Shown here piece by piece: positions 36,250-48,256 of a DNA stretch of 60,000 bases; position 1 is the first letter of the stretch, and the number at the start of each line of letters is the position of its first letter. The notes beneath the pieces were generated by a model, which saw only the letters and a program-made list of their open reading frames with translations, did no database searches and had not been told where the DNA came from. The DNA is from Felis catus (taxonomy: Eukaryota). Position numbers and translations under genes: made by a program. The stretch is taken from the NCBI RefSeq assembly GCF_018350175.1, contig NC_058383.1, forward strand, positions 19,346,001 to 19,406,000. The letters are read 5' to 3'.

Positions 36250-37769
36250 CTGCAAGAAAACAGCGGTTTATATGTCAAACGTGGAGCGCTAGCAGAGCGG
36301 GGGCATGCTGCTTGGGTATCTGTTGGTTCGTTCGCTTATTCACTCGACAAATACTTGCTGAACCCCTACCCTGTGCCAGGCGCCACGCTAGTTTGGAATG
36401 GAGATGTGAATTATGCGGCGCATCCTGGCAAATAAATGAAACTTTCTAGGACACGTTCTAGGTGTAGGTCTTCAGATTTTAACATTTCTGGGACAGAAGA
36501 AGGTTCTAGCACCAGGGTCGCAGAGGGGCCACGCAGCTGGGAGCATGTGGCCGGCAGGCATGCAGCAGACAGAGAGGAGAGCCCTGACAGGTTACCAGAG
36601 GCACGGAGATGGGGCATTCCAGACACAGGGAACAGAATGTGCAAACAGTGAAAGGCACACAGGCCGTGCTTTGAAGTCAACGTTTCCCAAAGTAGGGTGC
36701 CTGTACCGCGGGCAGAACAGGAAACGACGCCAGAGGCCGTGCAGGCAACTGTTTTTTAAGCGATTATTTAACTGAACCTGCATGTTAAAAACATGTAACC
36801 AGCCTATCGACCCCTTGATTTCATTAATATCATTGCTTAGAACAATCTGAAACTCATTAAAGAAAGGAAAGAAAGAGAAAGGAAGGGCAGGGGCGAAGAA
36901 ACGGAGGCAGATGGAGAAAGAAGAGAAAGGTGCTGATTTAAACAACAGCTAAAACAGTACAGGAGGGTTGTGGCGATGGCAAAAAACAAACAAACAAACA
37001 AAAACACACAAAAAACCAAAAACCAAAAAACCCCCCTGTGACTTCAGAAGGTCTGCAAATGGCTCCAGCTCAGGGGAAATGGCGCTAAGAGCCTCTGTCC
37101 GGCGCAGATTTAAGAGCTCGAGAGGATGTGCTTGGGACCAGCGGGCAGAAGGCCAGCTTTGCAGGCCAGCAAGGCTGGCGGCTGAGGAGAACAGACCCTG
37201 CCGGCAGGGAGATCAGTCAAGGTCCCAGGATTCGGGACTTCCTGACCTGGGAAGACAGGAAACCCGGGAACTGTCTGCTGAAGTGCCATGTAATTGGAGT
37301 CCCAGCAGAGCGATCCCGGGGGCCTCGGGGGGCCCAGAGGAGAGGGAGTCCCAGAATCCAGGGCCCCATGGGATTGTTGGGAGCTCAGAAGGTGCCGGGT
37401 GTCCCGCACCAACCTCTCCACCCTCCGCTGCGGACTTGACGAAGGACATGTGTTTCTCTATACGTTTCTGAACTCGCTGCTCCCTGGCTGGCCTGAAATG
37501 CAGGACCCAACGGATGACATTCAGGACAGGGGACAAGACAAAGAAGGGACGGGGCAAATGACCACAAGACTCTCTCCCCACATGCCGAAAATATGCAGCT
37601 GCTGCTAATAGCGACAGCCAGCACTGATTGAGGTCAGGCCCCTGAGTGCTCAGCTGCGGGGACAGGTCCCTCCCCAGACATCGCAGGGGGTGGATGGGAG
37701 GCGCCCAAAGATGCCTTGGCACAAGGTCACAGGGCAAAGGGGAATCAACAGTGCTGATCAGCCGACTCG

Positions 37770-38323
37770 AAACTAGGGAGATCATTGTGGATTATCCCAG
37801 TGGATCCAATGGAAGCCACAAGGGTCCTTAAAAGTAGAAGAGGGACAGAGTTTCAGTTTGGGATGATGAAAAGCTTGTGGAGCTAGATCGTGGTCATGGT
37901 GACTGTCCTTAATAACACCAAATGGTGCTCTTAATGGTGAGTATGGTAAATCTGTGCCGTGTGTACCTGACCACAATAAAACAAACCCACGCACTCGCAC
38001 AGGCACGGAGAAGAGGCACACAAGGAGGGCGAGAGGGAGACAGGATCTGGAAGAAAGGTACAGAGACTTGACCTTGCTGGCTCTGGAGGTGGAGGGAGGG
38101 ACCCTGAGCCAAGGAATGCAGAAGCCTCTGGAAGCTGGAAAAGGCAAGAGAGGTTGTCCCCGAGAGCCTCCAGAAAGCTCACAGCCTTGCGGATACCGTG
38201 GTGTTAGCCCAGTGAGCTGATGCCAAACTTCTGGCCTATGGAACTATAAGGTAATAAATCTGTGTTGTGTCGGGCCACCGAGTTCGTCATGATTTGTTAC
38301 AGCAGCGACAGAAGACTAATACA
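37770..38323 (+). mobile_element. MLT1 LTR interrupted by a short L1 3' end (about 37846-37985)
   Basis: ccaaggaatgcagaagcctctggaagctggaaaaggcaag...gactaataca; insert gtttcagtttgggatgatgaaaa...accacaataaaa. Confidence 0.8.
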
Positions 38324-39636
38324 TACTATTACAGAATAGGGCTCTGAGGTTCAGGTTGTTGGCCCAAGGTCACAGAGCCAGGGAGCGATGGAAGCAGGTT
38401 TTCACCAGGCCCGCCTGGCTTGGAGCCCTGCCCTGAACCACGTTAATCCCTGTCTACCCCCGCCTCCTCTGGATAAGATGACCTTCCAGAAACTGTGGCC
38501 CCCAGGCCTGCCTTATCTATCGAGAGTCTACACGAGGATATTTTCTAGGGCTCCAAAGGATCCAGAACCCCCTTGAGTCTTCACGGAAGGTGGCCTGGGA
38601 CCCCCACCAGCCTCCTCATGAACCTTGCTCCCCACATGCTCGCTTGGCTCCAGCCGCACCGGCCCTTTCGCTGTCCTTGGGTGTGCCAAGTTCGTTCCCT
38701 CTTCGAACCCTTTGCACCTGCTACCCCCTGCCCCTGGAATGCTGTTCCCACGGCTGCTCCCTCCTCATTCCCGTCCCAGCTTCACCACGGTCTCCTCTGA
38801 GAAGGCTCCTCTGACCCTTCCAGCCCGCAAGGTCCTTCTCTGACCCCCAGCCCCCGACCAGAGTCCTGTCTTATAATCTTGACAACGTTCCAGGCTCTTG
38901 AGGGCACCGTGCTCTCCTCCTACCTGAATTCTTAAGCTGGCCCATGATTTGGCTTCACCTTTCCAGTTTGGGGAAAAACAACTTGTTTTTCTCTGTGCCA
39001 CTCCCGCGCTGGCCCTCACGGACAAGAGGACACAGGGAACGGGACAGGGAGGGCAGGAAGCCATCAGAGCTCAACCCAGCCACTCTCTTCGTTCCTCCAG
39101 CGGGCTCGCCCTCAGGGCACACGCGCCCCACGCCCCCGCCCCCGCCATCACACTGGTGCCATTAGTTGCCCAGCTCTGCCAACATCTGGGAGCAGGGTCT
39201 GTCTACTTTAGCGGGCAGCACTGAGTGGCCAGCAATGCGGCTCTTCTCAGTTGGAAAGGTGGATCATTTGCTCTCCTTCTAGCAGATTCCCAAACCCATC
39301 TCTCATTTGTTTCAATTAGGAGGGAAAAGAGGGCTTTGACTCCTCAAAGCCCAACTACTGCTTTATAACTTGATCTGGTTTATTTATTTAGCCTAGTGAT
39401 TAAGAGCTCAGGCTCTGGGCTCTGACGCCTACAGACTCAACCCCACTCTGCCCCTCCCTAGCTGTGTGACCTCGGGCAAGTGATCTGACGGCTCCGTGCT
39501 TCCGTTTCCCCCATCGGTAAAGCAGGTACAATGCCAGGACTTGCCTTGGTGTTGTGGTAAGGACTTCGCGTCCTTGGAACAGTGCTTGGCACACGTTAGT
39601 AAGAATTCTGCAAATGCTGCCAGTTGTTATCACTGT

Positions 39637-39637
<1 letters not shown>

Positions 39638-39674
<37 letters not shown>
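39638..39674. repeat. (TG)n microsatellite next to a MIR (39400-39620)
   Basis: Directly visible. Confidence 0.95.
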
Positions 39675-39676
<2 letters not shown>

Positions 39677-40825
39677 CTCCTTGCTAGGATTAAGGGCCAC
39701 GGGAGAAGGGACGGGGGCCTCTTTTGTTCCAGCACAGTGCCTGGGGCGTGATATGCATCCGGTAAAAAAAAAAAGGAATGAACAGCCCAGAACCAAGCAC
39801 GTCTTTTCCGGACACTATTGACTAGTTTTGAGTAAATGCTCGGGATTAGTTCAGAACTCCAATCCCACGCTGGGGTCTGGGGGGGCCCTGCGACAGGCCC
39901 CTCAACCTCCGCCTGCTCCTCTCTGTGAGTGGGTTCTCCTGCTGGGGAATCACTAGGGAGAATCACTAGGGAGAACATCCCTAGGAGGCAGGCATCAGCC
40001 CTCTGTGGCTCCAGATGAAGCAGCCCCCGCCCAGGGCAGACATCGCCGCGGCCAGCGTGGGGCCTGCCAAACAATCTAATTGTTCGAAAACGCCAAGCGT
40101 CAAGAGAGTGAAGTTCTCTCTCTTTTTGTTTCATGTTCCAGCATCGCTCGCAAAACGGTGCCGGGGGTCCAGCTGTCTGTGGCCTGGTCCTTCACCCCAC
40201 AAGTGACTATCGTGCCCTCTGTTTCCAGGACAGGGGGGCTCGCTCAGTCTCCTTACAGCCCTCCCCCTCCCTCGTCACTCTTTGGAGAAAACGCAAGCCA
40301 CTGGTCGCGGCCCCAGCGCGTCTCACGAGTATGTTAACATTTCCCCCATCGCGGGGTACTCCAGTGGGTGGGCATAAAGCTTTCATGCGCTTGACACCAA
40401 TTCCCCGGGTGGCTTGGACATGCCAGATGAGTGCTGTCCGCTGGGGGAGGCAATGGAGGGGAAGCGCTGGTCTGTGCCCTGGCAGAGCTCACAGGCCAGA
40501 GGGGGAGAGAGACCCCTGGGAGTCCGGGGCAAGGCCAGCACCATGATGACATATATGGGAGCAGGGAAGGCACTGAGCTACCTGGCCGGGCCAGGAGGGC
40601 AAAGGAGGCTTCCTGGAAGAAGCAGCCCCGGAGCTGAGTCTTGAGGGGAAAGCAGGGAGCCAGGTTTCAGGGTTCGGGGTGGAAGGAAGATGTGGTAATC
40701 TAGACAGAGGGAGGAGCCCAAGCAAAGGTTTGGAGGTGAGAGCACACAATGAGAGCACGCCCGAGGGACAAATGTTCGCTCTCCGGAAGCAACAACCACT
40801 GGGTGTGGGTTTTTCCAGGGCTGCC

Positions 40826-41028
40826 TGTTACCATGTCTCCCCAAAACTCATATGTTCAAGGGGCGCCTGGGTGGTTCAAGTGGGTTAAGCGTCTGACTCC
40901 TGGATTCGGCTCAGGGCACGATCTCACGGTTCATGAGTCTCAGCCCTGCTTTGGGCTCTACGCTGAGAGCGCGGAGCCTGGTTGGGATTCTCGCTCTCCC
41001 TCTCTCTCTCTCTCTGCCTCTCCCCTGG

Positions 41029-41071
<43 letters not shown>

Positions 41072-41467
41072 AATTAATTAATTAATTAATTAATTAAAAG
41101 AAAAAGCAACAACTCATATGTTCAAGTCCTAATCCCCAGGACCTCAGACTGTGACTGTATTTGGAGACAGGGTCTCTAAAGGGGTTAGTGAGGAAAAATG
41201 AGTCCCTGGTGCAATCTGCCTGGTGTCCTTGTAAGAAGAAGAGATGAGGACACACAGGCACACACAGAGGGCAGACCAGGTGAAGCCACAAGGGAGAAGA
41301 TGCCCATGTCCAAGCCAAAGAGAGAGGCTGAAGGAGAAAACAACCTGCTGGCAGCCTGACCTTGGACTTCCAGCCTCCAGCACTTGTAAGAGAATAAGTG
41401 TCTGTTGCTGTTTAAGCTCCTGGCGCATCTGGGGTACTTTGTTATGCGGCACGAGCAGACTGATACA
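40826..41467 (+). mobile_element. MLT1 LTR with a Can-SINE (40860-41105)
   Basis: 16-bp TSD aactcatatgttcaag; LTR ends gcagactgataca. Confidence 0.88.
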
Positions 41468-42478
41468 CTCTGTCTGATTTCAAACATTCCCTTGTTCCTC
41501 TTCCCTGAGGGTCACTCACGCTCCCCAGCTGGTTGGCCTTGATATTTGGTTCAGAGCATGTGGCACAGCCGGCTTGGAGAAGGATGTGCTCAGAATGGAG
41601 AGGGAAGACGGGCACAGACCCAGCCAGCTCGGGCCCGGGCACGGGGACTGTGGCAGGTAGGCCCCTCCCTGCCCCCTCATCAATTGTTTTCTCTACTCAA
41701 CTTTCCAGGGTCCTTTCTGGAAAACCTCCCCTCGTGGACAGCTGCTGTTTCTGTCTGTCCTGCACGCTTCCTTCCTTCCTCAGATTTACCTTGACTTTCC
41801 CTTTGGAAACTACCTGTCCATGTGGTTTGGCTGGCAGTGACTGCACCCAAGGCCTTATTGGCTGGACCTGGTCCATCAGAGCCACAGTGACTAGTTCAGA
41901 GGTGTGACCCGATGTGGGTTCAAGAGCCAGGCCTGGGACCTGCACTGGAGCTTTTGGGAAGAAAAATCCATTTTCTGAGGGAGGCATAAAGCCAGTGTCT
42001 CAATTCTGTGTCAGTTATGTGGAGAGCCCACCTCAGAAGGGTCCCAGGACAAATGAAGGCAGAGACGAGAGGGAGGAAGTGGAGGAGAGAGAAGGGGGGG
42101 GGGGGCGGGGAGGAGGGGCCAAGAGTCCCATGACAGCCCTGGTCTCCTCCGTTCACCAAGCCAATCTAGTGCCTTTTGCTGAAGCCAGTATGCATTAGCC
42201 AGTTGGCATGCGGACCCTGTTAAACTTCCTACAATGCACGGGCTAGTCCCCCCAAACTAGCTGCCAGACACCTGCCGTTTGGGATTTCAGGGTCATCTGT
42301 AGGCCTCTGGGAGCCTTTGTGGCTCGCGATCGGCAGACAGACCAGATGGACATACCTCCCTGGCCTGCGAGACGGTCTGCCCAAGACTGAACTCCTGAAG
42401 CCCTGCTGGAAACACAAGTCCTGCTCTTAGGCCCAGAGCCACCAAAGGCAAAGAAATGCCACATAAGGCAGAGCTCAC

Positions 42479-42746
42479 TTTTGGAAGCTGGGTTAAATTC
42501 CAGCACCACGAGGGGGTCTGGGCCCCGGGGAGGGCGTCCTTCCATCTCCTGGTCCTTGGGAACGTCCTTCTGCACCGCGTCCCCACTGGAAGGGGCGGGG
42601 TCATCTCTGCGGTGGCCCCCCAGCACCTGCTCTTCAGGCTCTGGCTCCGAGAGCACATCTTCTTCGATAGAGTCATACTCATCGCTGGAATCATCTTTTT
42701 GTTTCCTTTGTAGATTTACACTAAGTTCCAGGCTTTTTCTTAGCTC
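42479..42746 (-). CDS. KATNIP: KATNIP coding exon, 268 nt, phase 0 to 1 (ELRKSLELSVNLQRKQKDDSSDEYDSIEEDVLSEPEPEE...VVLEFNPASK)
   Basis: Acceptor cttgacttttggcag|GAG and donor AAA|gtgagc; translation matches my recall of human KIAA0556 (SSDEYDSIEEDILSEPEPE...LVVLEFNPASK). Confidence 0.93.
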
Positions 42747-43039
42747 CTGCCAAAAGTCAAGAAGAGAGGCAAAAAATGAAATATGTTACTTTGAGAAGAA
42801 CTCATCTGAAAATGGATCATTAGAACCGAGGGACTATTCCCAGCAAACGAACATTTACCAAAATCATCTTGACACACGTGTGGTCATCGCTCGGAAGATA
42901 TGAAAGGGACAAACGAGCCACTCTCCAGCAGGGTGGTAATTACAGTATGAATTGTGGTCACACGCCTGGGGTGTCACTAAGAGTGTACGTGTGTGTGCGC
43001 GGGTGTGCGTCACAAGTGTTTTGGTTTGGGGCTCCTGTA

Positions 43040-43170
43040 AACAGACTGTGGGGTCCCACCTCCCCCCATATCAGCGTCTCCGATTCGGTGGGTCCTGGAT
43101 GAGGCCTGAGAAGATGGGCTTCTAATGAGGTGATGTTAATGCTGCTGGTCCAGGGACCACACTTTGAATA
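43040..43170 (-). mobile_element. MER5-like hAT fragment
   Basis: ctggtccagggaccacactttgaata. Confidence 0.65.
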
Positions 43171-43616
43171 TGAAATCCCAAAGGCCTCCAAATGATCCTG
43201 AAATTCCAGACGGTAAAGTGTCTGGCAGAGAGTTGTGGGGGGGCTATCCTATGTACTGAAGGATGTTTAGAAGCACCTGAGACGTCCTAAGATTTAGCAC
43301 TCGGTTGGCCTTTTTTTTTTTCAACCTGTGTCTCGTCTCCGTGAGACGGTAGACTTACAAACGAAAGGCGAAACGTGAAGATCTACACTTGGAGAGACCA
43401 GGAAATGGATCACCGACCAGGATCCTTCTGAAAGGGATAAAGGGCTTACCCTGGGACAAAAATTTTAAACTCGACTCTCTGGGCAAACCAGTGGGTCTGG
43501 TCAGCCCAGCTATACTACCGGCATAGCTCGTGTTATCGAACATAGCTCTGAGAAAACGAGAAGCAATCCGTATGCTTGCTGTATATGTGTGATTGGCCAG
43601 TAAAACTTACTAGCAG

Positions 43617-44340
43617 CTGTGATGTGCCGAGTGACGACTCCTCAAAGATGTCCATGTCCTAATAACCCCAGGACCCTGTGAGTCAGTGATAGCTCGTGAA
43701 GAGTGGAGAGGCACTAGAATACTTTGACCATCTTAGGTAAACCATTGTAAAAAGACCCAACAGTAGAAATATGATGGACACCAAATGTGCTGCTTGTGGG
43801 GACTCAGGAAATAAGGAGTGTGTTATGGAAACCAGGGGAGGGGGAGTCCCATGACGTAGTGGCAGGATCTTAGCCGAACTGTGTCTACGGCTACGTGAGA
43901 AGCGGTGCGTGGACCTGAGATTTGATGATGTGGGCAACTCTCAGCCTATCTAGGTTGCAAAGGATGCTAAAATGAGGAGATTCACGGTCAGAAAAACACG
44001 CTCGGGAGAGAAGCCTGAGCATGGCTGGACAACCTTTTGCTAGTTACTGGAAAAGGATCCAAAGTTTGGGGTATTCAATCATGCTGAGGGTTCTCTCGAG
44101 ACATGGGACTCATGGATCCTTGGAGACATCTCAGCAGAAGCCAGGAATAGAGAGAAATTCTCCAGGAAAGATCTGTGAAGCAACCTCTTGTCTAATGGAT
44201 GGAATCCTAGAGACGTACAGAGACCATATGGTTTTTGAGAATGGCATACCAGTGCAAACACGGGCAGCTGGTACCAAACGGAAGAGAGGAAGGACGCGAT
44301 ACAAGAAGGCTTCCCACTCTCCAAATTCTATGGTCAGGAA
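43617..44340 (+). mobile_element. MaLR LTR and internal-sequence fragments
   Basis: tgtgatg...aagatgtccatgtcctaat...; gttatggaaacc...gtagtggcagga. Confidence 0.55.
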
Positions 44341-44342
44341 GC

Positions 44343-47300
44343 ATGAGGCTCTGTGCTGACAGTGTGGAGCCTGCTTGGGATTCGCTTTCTCCCTCTCTCT
44401 CTCTCTCTGCGCCTCCCCTGCTCGTGTTCTCTCTCTCTCAAATAAAAATAAATAAAATTAAAAAAAAAAAAAAAAACAGATCACTATGGCTCTTGGGTAC
44501 CGAGTGGAATTTGAGAGGTGGGGCCAGGATGGAAACAGGGCACCCAGGTACAGCAGCAGTGGGGGAAGGCGGAGGTGGCTGCGGAGGTGGGGACAGCAGG
44601 TGCATTTGGAGATGCGTTTTGGAGGCAGAGATGACAAACGATGGGCTAGAAATGAACAGGGTATATACACCCTTTGACCAAATCTCTCTGAGAATTATCC
44701 CTCAGTCCTAATATACGAAGGTCATTGAGGGATCCTTGATGATAGAGAATGATCTTGAGGGATCCTTGACAATAGAGAAGGATCTCAATGTGCAACAAGA
44801 AGAGGTAGGTTCAATGGTGCGTCGAGTGGCACCAACGGAGCCTTGAGCAGCCACCACAGAAAACGAGGTAGCTCTCGCGCCCTTACTCAGAAAGATAGGA
44901 AGACATACGTTTAAGCAAAACCAAGCATGTCAAAAGATGCACACGTAGGATACGTCCAATTGAAAAAAAATGGTTTCTGTGCATGTGTGCAAATATGCCT
45001 ACAAACAGTCTGGAAAAATAGGGGCGCCTGGGTGGCTCCATCGGTTGAGCGCCCGACCTCGGCTCAGGTCACGATCTCGCGGTTTGTGAGTTCGAGCCCC
45101 GCATCAGGCTCTGGGCCAACAGCTCGGAGCCTGGAGCCTGTTTTGGATTCTATGTCTCCCTCTCTCTCTCTCTCTGCCCCTTCCTCTGTTCACGTTCTGT
45201 CTCTCTGTCTCAAAAATTAAAAAAAAAAATCATAAAAAAGTCTGGAAAAATAGTCACCAAATTACTAACAGTGTTCTCTCTGGGGGTGGCATTATGGGAA
45301 CTTTCTTCTCCATTTTGTTTTACTTTTTTTTTTAAGTTTATTTATTTATTTTTGAGAGAGAGAGTCTGAACAGGGGAGGGGCAGAGAGAGAGGGAGAGAG
45401 AGAGAATCCCAAGCAGGCTCCACGCTTAGCGCAGAGCCCAACACAGGGGCTCAAACCCATGACCATGAGATCACGACCTGAACCGAAATCAAGAGCTGGA
45501 TGCTCAACCGACTAAGCCACCCAGGAGCCCCTACTTATTTTCAATTTTTAAAAAAAAAAAATTTTTTTTTTGACGTTTATTTATTTTTGGGACAGAGAGA
45601 CACAGAGCATGAACGGGGGAGGGGCAGAGAGAGAGGAAGACACAGAATCGGAGACAGGCTCCAGGCTCTGAGCCATCAGCCCAGAGCCCGACGTGGGGTT
45701 CGAACTCACGGACCGCGAGATCGTGACCTGAGCCGAAGTCGGACGCTTAACCGACTGAGCCACCCAGGCGCCCTGTCAATTTTTTTTTTTTATTATAAGC
45801 ACGTTTCCAACTTTGTAATTAGGAGAAAATGATATATTTATATTTATGTTTAAATCCCGTCCGTCACTCTGGCAAATAGGTAAATTCCCCACAGGAGTGG
45901 CAGAGAGAGTGGGGTAGAGGACCCTGGACAGCCAGTTGTCCGGAAAGGAGCTGCTCTCCATCCGGGACCAAATCCTGTCCCCTCCAAAGAGTGACTCAGA
46001 AAGCAGCAGCGCCTAACTCCGGAACATGACAGACCAGCGTCTACCTGACTTAGTGCATCCGGTCAAATGGACCAGATTTCAGAGCAACAGGCCATCGGGG
46101 CGCCTGGGTGGCTCAGTCAGTTGAGCGTCTGATTCTTGATTTTGATCATGATCCCAGGGTCATGGGACTGAGCCCGCGTCGGGCTCGGCACTGAGCAGGA
46201 AGCCTGCTTAGGATTCTGTCTCTCTCCCTCTGCCCCTCTCCCTTACTCGGGTGCTCTCTCTCTCTCTCTGTCTCTCATAAATAAAGAAAAAAGGAAGGAA
46301 GGAAGGAAGGAAGGAAGGAAGGAAGGAAGGAAGGAAGGAAGGAAGGAAGGAAGGAAGGAAGGAAGGAAGGAAGGAAGGAAAGAAAAGCAGGCCACCAATT
46401 CTAACAGGAAGAAACTCAGGGAATATAGCACTCCTGAGCCTCTCTCAGGAAAAACAACAACAACAACAACAAACCTCCCAGAACAAAATCCAAACAATGC
46501 AAGGTGAAATCAAAATAAAGAACACAGAGTTGGAGAATGTGGTAAAACATCTGACGGTAAACACGGAAGCCATTCAGAGACCAAATAAATACTAGACAAT
46601 TACGCACGGTTGGGTCACGGACCAGAATGCAATGCTCTCAACCTAAGGCCTTAGCTTAGCTAACAAAAGCCAGAAGTCAGCAGGCAGTGTGGGCCGACCC
46701 CCGACCTCATATTCCAGCCAGTCATTTCAAATCCATCTTTTTTTTTTTTAATTTTTTTTAACGTTTATTTATTTTTGAGAGACTGAGAGAGACAGAGCAC
46801 GAGCGGGGGGGGGGGGGGATAGGGGGACAGAGAAAGAGGGAGACACAGAATCCAAAGCAGGCTCCAGGCTCCGAGCTGTCAGCACAGAGCCCGACACGGG
46901 GCTCAAACCCACGAACCGTGAGATCATGACCTGAGCTGAAGTCTGGCGCTTAACCAACTAAGCCACCCGGGCGCCCCTTCAAATCCATCTTAAATGGAAA
47001 CACGGAGTTTTTAAAAATGGCAACTCTAACCTGTAAATATCTTTTTTCGTAATTTTTTAAACCGATGAAATATTTTTAAATTTTTAAAAAATGTTTATTT
47101 ATTTTGAGAGAAAGAGAGGGAGAGGCAGGAAGACAGGAAGAGAGAGAATCCCAAGCAAGCTCCACACTGTCAGCGCAAAACCTGATGCAGGGCTTGAACT
47201 CACGAACCATGAGATCGTGACGTGAGCCGACATCAAGAGTCAGATGCTTAACCGACTGAGCCACCCAGGTGCCCCCTGATGAGATATTTTTAAAAACCTC

Positions 47301-48256
47301 TTGTGATCAAGAAATTTGAATTTTGGGCTGCCTGCGTGGCTCAGTTGGTTAAGTGTTCGACCTCAACTCGGGTCATGATCTCACGGTTTGTGAGTTCAGT
47401 CCCCACGTCGGGCTCCCTGCTGTTGGCACAGACTCTGCTTGGGATCCTCTGTCTCTCTGTCTCTCTCTCTCTTTGCCCCTCCCCTGCTCATGCATGCATA
47501 GCATACTCACTCTCTCTCTCTCAAGAATAAATAAACATTAAAAAAAAAAAAAAGAAATTTGAATTCAAGAATTCCTCCCATTTCAATTTGGTTTTTGCTT
47601 TTGTTAAATTAGTGCAACTTTCAACGCCATAATTGTATTTACAAAATACATATGAAAAAGAAGCCTAGATTCTGCACAGCTGGTATCTTCTTCACAAAGG
47701 AAAATAACACACTTGCTCACACTGGATGAGCAAACTTTAGGAACCTATGCTCTTATGATGCCCACGTGATTCAAAACCATCTGTTCCAGGGCAAAGGGGA
47801 GACAGAGTAAGTAGCAATACTCTCCCGGGAAAGCCGTTCAAAACCTTTCCATCTGGAAAGATGAAGACCTTGAACTGGTCGCTTTGAAAGCCAACCTGCC
47901 CATACTTCAAACGCATACCACGCAGGGGGATCTACTGGTTGCTTTGAAGCTGTCATCCAGAAATTTCTCTGTGAACACTAACTGTAGAGCTTTGCTTTAC
48001 GATCTTGTGATTTCGGCGTTCAGTGTTGAACAGTTTTTGTAAGTTTTTATTTATTTATTTTTGGGAGAGAGTGAGCCAGAGAGGAGAGAGCAGGGGAGGG
48101 GCGGAGTGGGAGGGGCAGAGAGAGAGAGAGGGACAGAGAGAGAATCCCATGCAGGCTCCATGTTGCCAGCACAGAGCCAGACCTGGGGCTCAAACTCACA
48201 AACCCTGAGCCGAAACAGGGTCGGACTCTTGACCGACTGAGCCACCCAGGCGCCCC
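44343..48256. mobile_element. Cluster of nine Can-SINEs: 44343-44476(+, 5' truncated), 45021-45238(+), 45324-45532(-), 45561-45773(-), 46097-46385(+), 46738-46977(-), 47073-47277(-), 47325-47552(+), 48034-48256(-)
   Basis: Each has a recognisable head, CT tract or tail; TSDs include agtctggaaaaatag, ttcaaatccatctt and aagaaatttgaatt. Confidence 0.92.
46293..46380 (+). repeat. (GGAA)22 microsatellite grown from a SINE tail
   Basis: Directly visible, uninterrupted. Confidence 0.97.
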
